The notes: generated by a model from the sequence alone, not told the origin. A DNA stretch of 64,000 nucleotides from an uncultured Lentisphaerales bacterium (GCA_943788985.1 CALSSJ010000002.1:81001-145000), one strand, 5' to 3'; positions 20,393 to 30,900 are shown, counted from the stretch's first letter. Translations and numbers: made by a program.

Positions 20393-20812
20393 ATGGCACG
20401 CCGGTGGCAAGAGAGCGAGCAGTTTGAGGTGCCCCAGACCCCGCTGATTGATATTATCTTCATCCTCATCGTCTTCTTCCTCGTCGCCACCACCTTTTAC
20501 ACGGAAGAGCGCGACATGAAGGTCGAGCTGCCCGAGGGCACCCAGGGCTCTGCCATCGCCAAAGATCAGGAGCGGCTGGTGATAAACATTCGCGCCGGTG
20601 GAATCATTGTCATAAATCAGGACGTGCTCAGCCTGCAACTTCTCGAGGACCAGCTGCGTAGTTGGGTCAAAAGCCATGGCAATCGCGATGTCGAGATCCG
20701 CGGCGATGCCAACGCGAAACATGGCCGAATCATGGAGGTGATGAACCTTTGCAAGAAGACTGGCGTCGAGAAGTACAGCGTCACACAACGCATCGTCCAG
20801 GAACGCGAGTAG
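20393..20812 (+). CDS. exbD: ExbD/TolR family protein
   Basis: TPLIDIIFILIVFFLV with the conserved Asp; IRGD motif. Confidence 0.92.
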   Translation: MARRWQESEQFEVPQTPLIDIIFILIVFFLVATTFYTEERDMKVELPEGTQGSAIAKDQERLVINIRAGGIIVINQDVLSLQLLEDQLRSWVKSHGNRDVEIRGDANAKHGRIMEVMNLCKKTGVEKYSVTQRIVQERE

Positions 20813-20906
20813 CCGCCTCGCGCCATAGCGGGTAGCCTGACATTGTAAAGCCCTTCGCGAACAGCTAGATTAGAGACCAGATCAACGACGGATGTAGAGA
20901 GCTGAA

Positions 20907-22355
20907 ATGGCAAAGAAGATTGAGCGAAAACAACTGAAGCACATCGAGAAGCGCCTCAAAGAGCTGTACGATCGAGGTGTCAAGGCGTTAGTTCAGAAGA
21001 ATTACGGCTATGCCATCGACATGTTTCGGACCGTCTTGTACGATGAGCCGGGCCTGCTTGAAGTTCGCCAGAAGCTCCGGGAAGCCCAGCTGGGGCGTGT
21101 CGGGAATAAGCCCAGCATGGCTCGCGCAGTCCTTGCGTTCTTCGTCACACTGCCCGCTCGGGCTAAAGCTAAAGTAGCGATTAGGGCTGGGAATTTCAGC
21201 AAGGCGCTGGATCAAGCCGAGGTCGTGATGACTGGTGACCCCACATCACCCAGTGCAGCCCTGTTTATGGCTGGCATTGCCGCCGATGCCAATGTGTGGG
21301 ATGTCGCTATCAACGCGCTCGACTGCGCCTTGGCTCATCACCTGCAAAGCATTCCGCTGTTACACCGCCTGGCGAACGCCTATGTGAAAGGCGACGAGGC
21401 CTTGAAAGGGCTGGAGTGCATGAACCGCATCTGTGGCATCAAGCCTACGGACAAGTTTATGGCGGAAAGAAAAGAAATGACCGCTCTGGCCGCGATGAAG
21501 CAAGGAGGATGGGCCGCTGCCGAGCAGGGCAAGGCCGATTACAAAGACATCATCCGCGACAAGGACCAAGCCGTCAAGCAGGAACAGGAGGGCTCTACCT
21601 TTCGCACAAGCGCGGACATGGAGATGCAGATCAAGAGCCTGCAACAACTGGTGGATGGGCGAGATTCCGGCGCAAATCGTCAGAAGCTGGCAGAGGCGTA
21701 CCGCCAGGCAGGCCGCGACGAAGAGGCCATTGTCGAGTACGAGAAGGCGCTGGAGATGCTCGATGGGTTCGACCCAGGCTTGTACAACCACGTCACCGAA
21801 TGCAAAGGCAAGGTCATCGACAAGGAAATTACGAGCTGGAAAGAAGCCTTGGCCAACGAAGTGGCAACCGAAGCGGAAGCCATCGAGAATATCAAGGCTT
21901 GGGAAGACGAACGGCTGACCATCATGCTGGACCGCTGGGGCGAGCTGGTCAAACGGCTGCCGAGTGAAGTCAAGGGCCGCGATACGCTCGCGCACTATCA
22001 ATTCGAGGCAGGAGAGTACGACCTCGCCCTCGCAAACTTCCAGATGGTGAAGAAAAATCCGGCATTACGCCAGCAGGCCAGTCTCACGATTGGGCGCTGC
22101 CTCTCGTTCCAAGGCAAGCACGATCTGGCCATTGTCGAGCTGGAGGGCGCCTTAGAAGGAATGCACAACATGGACGGCATCAAGAAGAGCACGTTGTACC
22201 AGCTCGCCGAAGAGTACAAGGTCAGGGGCGATCAGGAAAAGGCAGACAGCTACTTCAAAGAAGTCTATTCAGCCGACATCGGGTTTCGTGATGTCTCCGA
22301 GATCGTCGAAAAGATCTACTCTCGCGAGAGCAGCGGCAAAGAAGAAGTTGACTAA
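20907..22355 (+). CDS. Cytoplasmic TPR protein
   Basis: Multiple TPR-like helices, C-terminal DIGFRDV. Confidence 0.75.
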   Translation: MAKKIERKQLKHIEKRLKELYDRGVKALVQKNYGYAIDMFRTVLYDEPGLLEVRQKLREAQLGRVGNKPSMARAVLAFFVTLPARAKAKVAIRAGNFSKALDQAEVVMTGDPTSPSAALFMAGIAADANVWDVAINALDCALAHHLQSIPLLHRLANAYVKGDEALKGLECMNRICGIKPTDKFMAERKEMTALAAMKQGGWAAAEQGKADYKDIIRDKDQAVKQEQEGSTFRTSADMEMQIKSLQQLVDGRDSGANRQKLAEAYRQAGRDEEAIVEYEKALEMLDGFDPGLYNHVTECKGKVIDKEITSWKEALANEVATEAEAIENIKAWEDERLTIMLDRWGELVKRLPSEVKGRDTLAHYQFEAGEYDLALANFQMVKKNPALRQQASLTIGRCLSFQGKHDLAIVELEGALEGMHNMDGIKKSTLYQLAEEYKVRGDQEKADSYFKEVYSADIGFRDVSEIVEKIYSRESSGKEEVD

Positions 22356-22385
22356 TTGGAGACTGACCCGTGCGGGGGCCAGCCC

Positions 22386-23399
22386 ATGGACACCCTAACG
22401 GACACACTTTGCCGGCCATTGCGCGACCTCCGTGTTTCACTGATCGATGCCTGCAATCTGCGCTGTCGCTATTGCATGCCCACCGAACAATTCAGCCCCG
22501 ACCACCGCTTTCTGCGACCGGCTGAACGTCTCTCAGACGAAGAAGTGCTGCGCTTCATCCGTATTTTTGTGGAATGTGGAGTTAGCAAAATCAGACTGAC
22601 CGGTGGCGAACCGCTGCTGCGCCCGGGCGTCGCCCAGCTCATTGGCCGCATTCGCGAGATTCCCGGGATTACGGACATCGCACTGACCACTAACGGCGTG
22701 CACCTTGCTAAGTTCGCAGCGGCGCTGCGCGAGGCTGGCGTGGATCGCCTGACGATCAGCCTGGATGCGGTTAACCGGGCCACGCTAGCCCGGCTAGCCG
22801 GGCGAGCAGTGGACCCAAAGGCCATTCTGGACGGTGCAATTGCGGCCCGCGACGTGGGCTTCCAGCAAACCAAGATCAATATGGTGGCCATGCGCGGCTG
22901 GAATGAAGATCACATCCTACCGCTGGCCGAGCTAGGACGTGAACACGACTTCATCGTGCGTTTCATTGAGTACATGGACGTGGGCACCATGAATCAGTGG
23001 CAGCGGGAGGACGTCATCCCCGCGCGCGAGATTCATGACCTGATTCACGAGCGATATCCACTCGAGCCCGCAGACCCGCTCTACCGGGGCGAAGTGGCCC
23101 GGCGCTACCGCTATCTGGATGGCGGCGGCGAGATTGGGCTGATCTCATCTGTGACCGAGCCCTTCTGCCATGAATGCAGCCGCGCCAGAATCAGCGCTGA
23201 CGGCTTCCTGTTTACCTGCCTGTTCGGCACCTCTGGGCTTGATCTGCGCACGTTGATGCTGGCCGGGGCCGATGATAGCGAACTCCGCAAAACAGTAGAG
23301 TCGCACTGGCAGGCACGGACCGATCGCTATTCAGCAGACCGCCTGCAGTTGAAGGGCCAGACCACCGGCAAGGTGGAGATGTACCATATCGGCGGTTGA
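22386..23399 (+). CDS. moaA: GTP 3',8-cyclase (molybdopterin biosynthesis)
   Basis: CNLRCRYC radical-SAM motif, LTGGEPLLR, FCHECSRAR, C-terminal IGG. Confidence 0.96.
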   Translation: MDTLTDTLCRPLRDLRVSLIDACNLRCRYCMPTEQFSPDHRFLRPAERLSDEEVLRFIRIFVECGVSKIRLTGGEPLLRPGVAQLIGRIREIPGITDIALTTNGVHLAKFAAALREAGVDRLTISLDAVNRATLARLAGRAVDPKAILDGAIAARDVGFQQTKINMVAMRGWNEDHILPLAELGREHDFIVRFIEYMDVGTMNQWQREDVIPAREIHDLIHERYPLEPADPLYRGEVARRYRYLDGGGEIGLISSVTEPFCHECSRARISADGFLFTCLFGTSGLDLRTLMLAGADDSELRKTVESHWQARTDRYSADRLQLKGQTTGKVEMYHIGG

Positions 23400-23414
23400 A
23401 AGTTACGAAACACG

Positions 23415-23443
23415 TTGACAGACCCCTGCCATGTGTTTATCAT
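23415..23443 (+). promoter_or_regulatory. Sigma-70 promoter of tRNA-Leu
   Basis: TTGACA-N17-TATCAT followed by a GC-rich discriminator. Confidence 0.8.
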
Positions 23444-23469
23444 ACCCGGCCTGCAGTCGCAGATCGAGT

Positions 23470-23558
23470 ACCAGAGTGGCGGAACTGGCAGACGCGCTAG
23501 GTTCAGGTCCTAGTTCCCGTAACCGGGAGTGGGGGTTCGAATCCCCCCTCTGGTACCA
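23470..23558 (+). tRNA. tRNA-Leu (anticodon CAG)
   Basis: Acceptor stem ACCAGAG/CTCTGGT plus ACCA; anticodon arm CTAGG-TTCAGGT-CCTAG; long variable arm; T arm GGGGG-TTCGAAT-CCCCC. Confidence 0.96.
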
Positions 23559-23579
23559 CCCCTTTTTTTAGCGGGATGT

Positions 23580-24645
23580 GGTATCAAGTTTCGCTTTCAT
23601 CGATAGTCGATTGGTGAAGAAGAGATCGCCGAAGTGTGCGATAGCATTCGCAGCGGCTGGCTGACCTCCGGCCCTAAAGTCCGCGCCTTCGAACAAGCAT
23701 TCGCAAACTACGTAGGTGCTAACTTCCCAGTTGCGGTCAACTCTTGTGCTGCAGCCATGCATCTGGCGCTTGAAGCCCACGGGATTGGTCCCAAAGATGC
23801 GGTGGTCACCTCCGACTACACCTTCACCGCCTCGGCCGAAGTGATTCGCTATCTCGGTGCCACCCCGGTGTTCGTCGATATCAACCCGGTGATGCTCACT
23901 CTTTCCCCCGCGGCCCTGGCCCGCGCCCTGGCCGAGAATCCCCGTATTCGCGCGGTGATCCCCGTTCATACCGCCGGCCATCCCTGTGACATGGCTGGCT
24001 TGCGAGAAGCGATTGCGGGCCGGGATGTGGTCCTCATCGAAGACGCCGCACATTCCCTGCCCAGCGAGCTCTCAGGCCAACGCATCGGCGCGGCCAGCGA
24101 TGGCTGCTGTTTCAGCTTCTACGTCACCAAGACGCTCTGTACCGAGGAAGGCAGTATGCTGACCACGGATTCTGTGGAGATCGCAGCCCGCGCCCGCACG
24201 ATGCGCTTGCATGGGATCGATGCGGATGTCTTCGCCTGGGAGGACAGCGAACGACCGCTCCGGTACTACGAGGTGGTCGCTCCGGACTTTAAATACAACA
24301 TGACCGATCTGGCGGCCGCGATCGGTCTGCACCAGCTGCGGCGTCAGGACGAGTTTTGCGAACTGCGCAGCAGGACCGCCGCGCGGTATGACAGCTTGCT
24401 TGCTAACTGCCCCGTTACCCCTCCCCACGGTAAGCACTGGCTGCAAGCACGCGTGGCACCTGTACATCTTGCAGCTCCAGCTGGAGCACCTAACTTGCGA
24501 TCGCGATGAGATCAGTCGTCGTCTCGGCGCCGCCGGGGTGGCCCACAGCGAGCATTTCATTCCCTTGCACCGTCAGCCATACTGGCGTGTCCGCTCTGCG
24601 CTCACGCCCGCGCACTTTCCGGTCTCGGAGCAAGCCTTTCAGTAG
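23580..24645 (+). pseudogene. DegT/DnrJ/EryC1/StrS aminotransferase pseudogene
   Basis: SIGEEEIAEV..SGWLTSGP, IEDAAH and FSFYVTK motifs; in-frame TAG at 23604, frameshift near 24420, truncated C-terminus. Confidence 0.88.
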
Positions 24646-24679
24646 CCGAGGTTTTGCGGATTTCGCAAAAACGCGCCTG

Positions 24680-24882
24680 ATGCAACGCGCCTTTGATCTG
24701 CTGACTTCCGGATGCCCGCTGCTGCTGATTTGGCCGCTGCTGGCTCTGCTGGCGCTTTGGGTTCGGCTGGATTTAACCGGGCCAGTGTCGTTCGTGCAGG
24801 AGCGCGTGGGCCGAAATGGTGAGCTATTCAAAATTTTGAAGTTTCGGACCATGCAGACCGATGCCGAACAGAGTGGCCCTAC
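24680..24882 (+). pseudogene. Bacterial sugar transferase (WcaJ/WbaP C-terminal type) 5' remnant
   Basis: MQRAFDLL...GPVSFVQERVGRNGELFKILKFRTM, after which similarity stops. Confidence 0.8.
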
Positions 24883-24989
24883 AGGCGCAATACGTTGCCG
24901 AGCGCACGATCTGGCAAGATTGTGTCGTGATCCTCCGGACGCTGGTGCTGATTGTGCGGAGTTCGCAAACCCCGTCTTCGTGATCGCTG

Positions 24990-26372
24990 TCAGCCGGCGA
25001 GGGTTTGGATGATGGTCTCGCGGACAGTCGCTTCCTTGGCGTCGATCACTCGGCAGCGGGTCTTGGCTCCCTTCAGCTGATCAAGAATCGGGTGGGTGGC
25101 CGGTGCGTCGGGATTGGCGCGGGCGATTGCATCGGGGAACTTGGCGGGATGCGCTGTTGCCAGGCAGAGGCTCGGGCCGGAACCGGCGAGTTGCTGCGCG
25201 GCGGCGACGCCGACTGCGGTGTGTGGATCGAGCACATAGCCATGATTCTGGTAGCAGGCGGCGATGGTGGCAAGCGTCTGCTCAGTGTTGATGGCGGCCG
25301 CTTGAAAGCCGCTGTCGACACCGTCGGGGCCAAAGGGCACGGACAGGGATGCGGAGTTCGCAAACTCGTCCATGAGCGCGCACACCTTGGTGGCGTCGCT
25401 GCCACAGTGATAGAATAAATAGCGCTCGAAATTACTGGCGACCTGGATATCCATCGAGGGGCTGAGCGTGGGGGCGACCGTGCCGCGTGAGTAGGTGCCG
25501 GTGGTGAAGAAGCGGCTGAGGATGTCATTCTCGTTGGTGGCGACGATCAGGCTAGAGATCGGCGCGCCCATCCGTCGGGCGATGTAGCCAGCGAAGATGT
25601 CACCGAAGTTACCGGTGGGGACGGAGACAGTCACGGACTCCCCGCCTTCGCGTTCAAGGACGCGATAGCAACCGTAGAAATAATAGACGACTTGGGCGAG
25701 GACGCGGGCCCAGTTTACGGAGTTGATGGCTCCCAGTTGATAGTCGCGCTTGAAATCGAGGTCGCGAAATAGCGACTTCATGATGCTCTGGCCATCGTCG
25801 AAGGTGCCGCGGATGGCGAGGTTGTGAACATTCTCATCGAGCACGGAGGTCATCTGCAGCTCTTGCAGCGGACTGACGCGCTGGTGTGGATGCATGATGA
25901 AGATCTCGATGTTCTGGCGGCCACGCAGGCCTTGAATGGCCGCACTGCCGGTATCGCCGCTGGTCGCGCCGAGCACGGTCAACTTCTCGTTGCGTTCGCT
26001 CAGGATGTACTCAAAGACGGGCCCGAGAAACTGCAGGGCGATGTCTTTGAAGGCGAGGGTAGGGCCGTGGAATAGTTCGAGGATGTTGGTGCGGCCGAGC
26101 GGCACGACCGGGGCAACTTCGTCATGGCGAAAAGAGGAGTAGGCACTATTCACCAGCTGCATCAGGTCGCGAGATGGGATGTCATCGATAAAGAGGCTGA
26201 AGACTTCGTGAGCCAGTGCCGGATAGGCGAGGCTGCGCCACTCGGCCAGTCGGTTCCGCACGTCCGGGATTGTCTCCGGAAGAAGTAGGCCGCCGTCGGT
26301 GGCTAGCCCCATCATCACTGCGTCCTTAAAGGAAACGGGCGCGGTCTGGCCCCGTGTACTGATGTATCTCAT
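24990..26372 (-). CDS. thrC: Threonine synthase
   Basis: MRYISTRG, ELFHGPTLAFKD, ATSGDTG, NSVNWAR, VPTGNFG and TAHPAKF motifs. Confidence 0.96.
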   Translation of the reverse strand: MRYISTRGQTAPVSFKDAVMMGLATDGGLLLPETIPDVRNRLAEWRSLAYPALAHEVFSLFIDDIPSRDLMQLVNSAYSSFRHDEVAPVVPLGRTNILELFHGPTLAFKDIALQFLGPVFEYILSERNEKLTVLGATSGDTGSAAIQGLRGRQNIEIFIMHPHQRVSPLQELQMTSVLDENVHNLAIRGTFDDGQSIMKSLFRDLDFKRDYQLGAINSVNWARVLAQVVYYFYGCYRVLEREGGESVTVSVPTGNFGDIFAGYIARRMGAPISSLIVATNENDILSRFFTTGTYSRGTVAPTLSPSMDIQVASNFERYLFYHCGSDATKVCALMDEFANSASLSVPFGPDGVDSGFQAAAINTEQTLATIAACYQNHGYVLDPHTAVGVAAAQQLAGSGPSLCLATAHPAKFPDAIARANPDAPATHPILDQLKGAKTRCRVIDAKEATVRETIIQTLAG

Positions 26373-26521
26373 GGCAAAAACTTGAACTGAGGGCCTGGTG
26401 CGTAAAACAAGAACCGTACGTCGATGCGAACAGTCGGCAACGACTGGTGTCAACGTTGAGTGATCGGCCCTCAAGCGCGCAGGCAAGTATCACTGTCCCT
26501 TGCCCCTGCCCCCAGGCAAGG

Positions 26522-26619
26522 TTGACTCTTGACTTTCGACTCTTGACTCTTGGGCTGACTGGCTGACTCGCTGACTGTCGCTGGGTCAAAGAGTCATCTC
26601 GTCAAGAGTCAAGAGTCAG
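26522..26619. repeat. Inverted array of heptamer repeats (TTGACTC)n ... (GAGTCAA)n
   Basis: Read directly in the divergent thrC-iscA intergenic region. Confidence 0.8.
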
Positions 26620-26736
26620 GCCGCTGCCAGAGAGCCGATCGGAGCTGAGCGATTTGCCTGTTATCGGGACGCGGGTATCGTACTAGGCTCGACTACGCAT
26701 TATATTATCTGCGATCCGAATTTCCAAGGTGCAACG

Positions 26737-27072
26737 ATGTCCAGCACAACCCCAGCAATCACAATAACCGAAAATGCCCGCCAGCGCCTGCTGGATGCTG
26801 GGCTACAGGAAGGCGGTTACCTGCGTATTAAAGTAATTTCTGGAGGCTGTTCCGGCCATACCTTCGACGCCACGATTGAAGCCGAGATGAGTGATGGCGA
26901 TGTAATTGTGCTCGATCATGACAACTTGCGCATCATCACTGATCCAAAAAGTTCGCTATTCATCAATGGCCTCGATATCGACTACTCGAACGATCTGATT
27001 CAGGCCGGGTTTCGGCTGACGAATGGGAACGCGAGTGAGTCCTGTGGCTGCGGTGCAAGCTTTGCAATGTAA
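26737..27072 (+). CDS. HesB/IscA/ErpA A-type Fe-S carrier
   Basis: GGCSG and CGCGASF motifs. Confidence 0.93.
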   Translation: MSSTTPAITITENARQRLLDAGLQEGGYLRIKVISGGCSGHTFDATIEAEMSDGDVIVLDHDNLRIITDPKSSLFINGLDIDYSNDLIQAGFRLTNGNASESCGCGASFAM

Positions 27073-27084
27073 CGAAGGTGCCTA

Positions 27085-27294
27085 ATGGCTGTTGAACCTG
27101 TATCTATTCTCGGCGGCAAGTCCGTCTACTGTATTAACGAAGGCCAACTCAAGGATGCCTGCGCGCTGGCCCAGGAAGGCGAGGCTGGCGAGCGCATCCA
27201 AGCGGAGCTGGCCCGGATTGGTGAAAACCTGAGCCGCAACGAGCAGGCCGCGTTGGCGTTTATGATCATTGAAAACCTGCGAAACTCCGCCTGA
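27085..27294 (+). CDS. Small hypothetical protein in the Fe-S operon
   Basis: AAGG RBS; stop overlaps the next ATG (TGATG). Confidence 0.65.
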   Translation: MAVEPVSILGGKSVYCINEGQLKDACALAQEGEAGERIQAELARIGENLSRNEQAALAFMIIENLRNSA

Positions 27295-27857
27295 TGAGTA
27301 CGCCACCACTTGAGATCAATCTCGAGATTACGCCGAATCCCAATGCGCTGAAGTACGCGCTGAATCGTCGGATTCTATTGACTGGGGCTGAGTACTACGC
27401 GACTGAGGCTGAGGCCGAGGAGTATTCGCCGCTGGCAGCCCGGCTGTTCCATCTTGGCGATATTCAGGCTGTGATGCTTGGTGGGGACTTCGTCTCGGTC
27501 ACGATTGCCGGGATGGACCGGGTGCGCGAATTAAATGAAGAGATTATCGCCAACATCCGCGCCCACATTGAGGGCGGTGGTGAGATCTGCTCGCCGCGTG
27601 ATGAGGCCGACCTAGCCGCGAACGAATCCGAGGATTCGGCGCTGGTGCGCAAGATCATCAACGAGGAAGTGCGTCCGGCTGTGGCGATGGACGGTGGCGA
27701 TATCGTGTTCTACCGGCTAGACGAAGATGTGGTTTACGTGCACATGCACGGGGCCTGCGCCGGTTGCCCAAGCTCGACGATGACGTTGAAGGCTGGGATT
27801 CTCAATCGCCTGCAGCAGGATATCCCCACGATTCGGGACGTTGAGCCGATCGCCTGA
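27294..27857 (+). CDS. NifU/Nfu family Fe-S scaffold
   Basis: TPNPNALKY N-domain; VRPAVAMDGGD...GACAGCPSS. Confidence 0.93.
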   Translation: MSTPPLEINLEITPNPNALKYALNRRILLTGAEYYATEAEAEEYSPLAARLFHLGDIQAVMLGGDFVSVTIAGMDRVRELNEEIIANIRAHIEGGGEICSPRDEADLAANESEDSALVRKIINEEVRPAVAMDGGDIVFYRLDEDVVYVHMHGACAGCPSSTMTLKAGILNRLQQDIPTIRDVEPIA

Positions 27858-27870
27858 CAGCCTGCCGCGC

Positions 27871-27977
27871 GAAGAGGGAATAGGTAAAATATTAAGGGGG
27901 TAAAAAATTGGGAGGGGGATCACGCCAGCCTTTTGTCTTCATTTTTTACCCTTAAATATTTTACCTATTCCTTCTTC
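27871..27977. repeat. AT-rich imperfect inverted repeat (about 37-bp arms) between convergent genes
   Basis: Left arm GAAGAGGGAATAGGTAAAATATTAAGGGGGTAAAAAAT; reverse complement of right arm GAAGAAGGAATAGGTAAAATATTTAAGGGTAAAAAAT. Confidence 0.85.
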
Positions 27978-27984
27978 TCCGTGC

Positions 27985-30900
27985 TTAGCGCTGGCCTAGC
28001 CTGAGCGGCTCAATCGTGATTGTAGCCGACCGATCCTGCGGATAGAACAGCAAAAACAGTCGCTCGGCCGTGCGTGTTCCGTCAATCGATGCGGTGAATT
28101 GCCAGGCCGTTACGGCTGATTTGAGCCGTAGCGTGCGCAGGTCAAACACCAGCTCATTTCGTCCAGGCCGCACAAAGAGTGGCTCGCTCTCCAGGTATTC
28201 ATCGCCAAACTGGAAGGCCATGGCCAGGCGACTGCCACTGGCCATCTGCGCTTGCAGCGGGACGATCCAGGTCTGGCCCGGGTGTACCTCGGTGTCGGTC
28301 TGCGCCGCCATCACGATCTTTTCCGATGCGCCCGCCGTCTGCTCCAGAGCGAAGCGAAACCTGACGCCGCCGTCCCGCTGCTCGACAAGCTCACTGGGCA
28401 GAATATCCGTCCACCCTTCCGGCAAGGCCCACTCAGTCACCGCGAGCTCCTCCGTGGCGACTTCCTGCGCCCGTTTCAAGTGATCCTGGCGTTCTTGTGC
28501 CAGGTCTCGCCCGCGCAGCCCCAGCGTCTCGGTCGCGCCGTGCGCCAGAAAACTGGTCACGATATTGATGCCCATCTGCACCGACCCTTCCTGCATTTCC
28601 CGGGGCGATAGGTCCGTCAACGACGGCATCAGCGGATGCGTCCTCGGGTCGATTTCAAGCCCGTCTCCGTAGTCATTGCGGGTGTAGACCACGCGCCAGC
28701 GGCCATCCAGTTGCACGCCCTCTAGATAGTCGAGGCGGTACTTATCTCCCGGCGGGACCCGATATCCCAGGAAGCCCGTGCTCAGATCGTACGGCGCCGC
28801 GAAGAGTGGCGCAGTCAGCGGAATTTTGGCCAGCCGCTTTCCCGGCAACACCTGTGCGAGCGCCTCGCGGACTGCGCCGTCGAATGCTTCGCTGTCCAGT
28901 GCCGACGAATCGTTGATCCACAGGCATCCGCCTTGGGCGAGATACTCGGCCAGCCGGGTGACCTCCGTTGCGGACATCGCAAATGGGTCGTGCCCCGACA
29001 TAAACAAGAACGGGGCCTCGGTGAGTTCCTGATCATCCGTGCGGATCGCCCGGCTTCCGTAGGGCAGCAGACTGCCCAACCGTTGCTCAAACTGATGAGC
29101 CAGATGCAGCATTGCCGTGGCGTCGCAGTCCCAATCGCCGCCATACTCCAGAACCGGCAGCGTGCGTTGCCACTGGCTCGAGATCGCGTGCTGCGCATCT
29201 GCTCCCGCAGTGCCGCCTGGCCGCACCAGCGCCGCAGCCGCGGAGAGGGCAGTGCTCGCTGCCGGAATCGTCACTGCGCCCACTGGGGCGTCATCAATGA
29301 TCATGCGTCGTCTGCCCACCAGCTCTGGCCCGGGCCTTGTAACTTCGGCGGTGCGCTTGGCCGTGGGCGCTGCAGCCTGGCTGGCGAGGGCCGCCAAGTC
29401 GATGGCTTCACGTGTGGCGGCGCTGCGGAGTGAGCCGCTGGCACTGATGGGTGCCCGCGCCGGTGCGAACTCCGCAACTTCTTGTCCAGGACTGGCTGAC
29501 TGGCGCGAGGCGCGCTCGCCCGCCAGTGCTTGCCCCATCGCTTGGGCGGTGCGCTTGGCCGTGGGCGCTGCAGGATCGCTGGCGACGGCCGCCACCGCGA
29601 CCGCTTCGCGTTCGGCGTGGGCACTGCGGAGCGTGCCGCTGCCACTGATGGGCGCGCGTGCCGGTGCGAACTCCGCAACTTCCTGTCCTGGGCTGGCTGA
29701 CTGGCGTGAGGCACGCTCGCCCGCCAGTGCTTGCCCCATCGCTTGGGAGGTGCGCTTGGCCGTGGGCGCTGCTGCCTGGCTGGCGACGGCGGCCACATCG
29801 ACGGCTTCACGTGTGGTGGCTGCGCTGCGGAGCGTGCCGATGACGCCAATCGGCGCGCGCGCTGGTGCGAACTCCGCAACTCCTTGTCCAGAGCTGGCTG
29901 ACTGGCGTGAGGCGCGCTCGCCCGCCAGTGCTTGCCCCATCGCTCGGGCGTTGCGCCTGGCGGTGGGGGCCTCAGCCTGGCTGGCTACCGCGGCGACATC
30001 GACGGCTTCACGTGTGGTAGCTGCGCTGCGGAGCGTGGCGATGGCACTGACGGGGGACCGCGCCGGTGCGAACTCCGCAACTCCTTGTCCAGAGCTGGCT
30101 GACTGACGTGAGGCACGCTCGCCCGCTAGTGCTTGCCCCATCGCCTGGGCGGTGTGCTTGGCTACGGGCGCGGCAGTCCTCGCTGGCGACGGCCGCCACA
30201 GCGACCGCCTCGCGTGCGGCGTGGGCACTACGGAGTGTGCCGCTGGCGCCAATGGGGGACCGTGCCGGTGCGAACTCCGCAACTTCCTGTCCCGGGCTGG
30301 CGGACTGGCGTGAGGCGCGCTCGCCTGCCAGCGCCTGGACGGCCCCTTCAGTCGCCTGGCGACGCCCGGTCTCGGCCGCGGCTTCGCGGACGTCCTGCGG
30401 TTGCTCGTGCGCGCGGCCGACGGTTCCGATTGCGATCTCCGCAACTGCTGCGGAGTTCGCAGTCGCCCGTTCCGGGCCAAGCGCCTGCTCGGCGCTGTGG
30501 GCAGTTGCCTCGCGGGCCAGCTTGCCGCCCTCGGGGGCTGCGCGCTCGCTGCTTTCGGCATGACGCAGCGCAACGCTGGCGGTGCTCTCTGCCGGAGCGA
30601 CCTGCGCTGCCGGACGGCTCAGCTCTGGCACTCGAACTTGCGGCTCGGCCACGGTCGCCAGCGGCGTTGGGGTTGCCTCGAGAGACTGGCTCTCGTCCAT
30701 CATTTCTTCCGCGCGCTCCCGTGCTTCGGCCGCCGTGGGTTGCTGCTCCGCCAGCGCCTTGTGCACCGGCGCCGCGGTCGCGGCCTCGGTCGATTGGTCT
30801 GCTGGTTCCACCGGCTCGTGGGCCAATTCAGGGGCGATCGCCTCTGGCTGCTCGTCCGTTTCCTGCTGCGCTTGTTCTGGCTCGGCTGGCGCGGATTCAT

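Noticed and set aside
29350..30345. CRISPR array
   Set aside because: The units are 201-bp in-frame coding repeats similar along their whole length, with no unique spacers and no cas genes.
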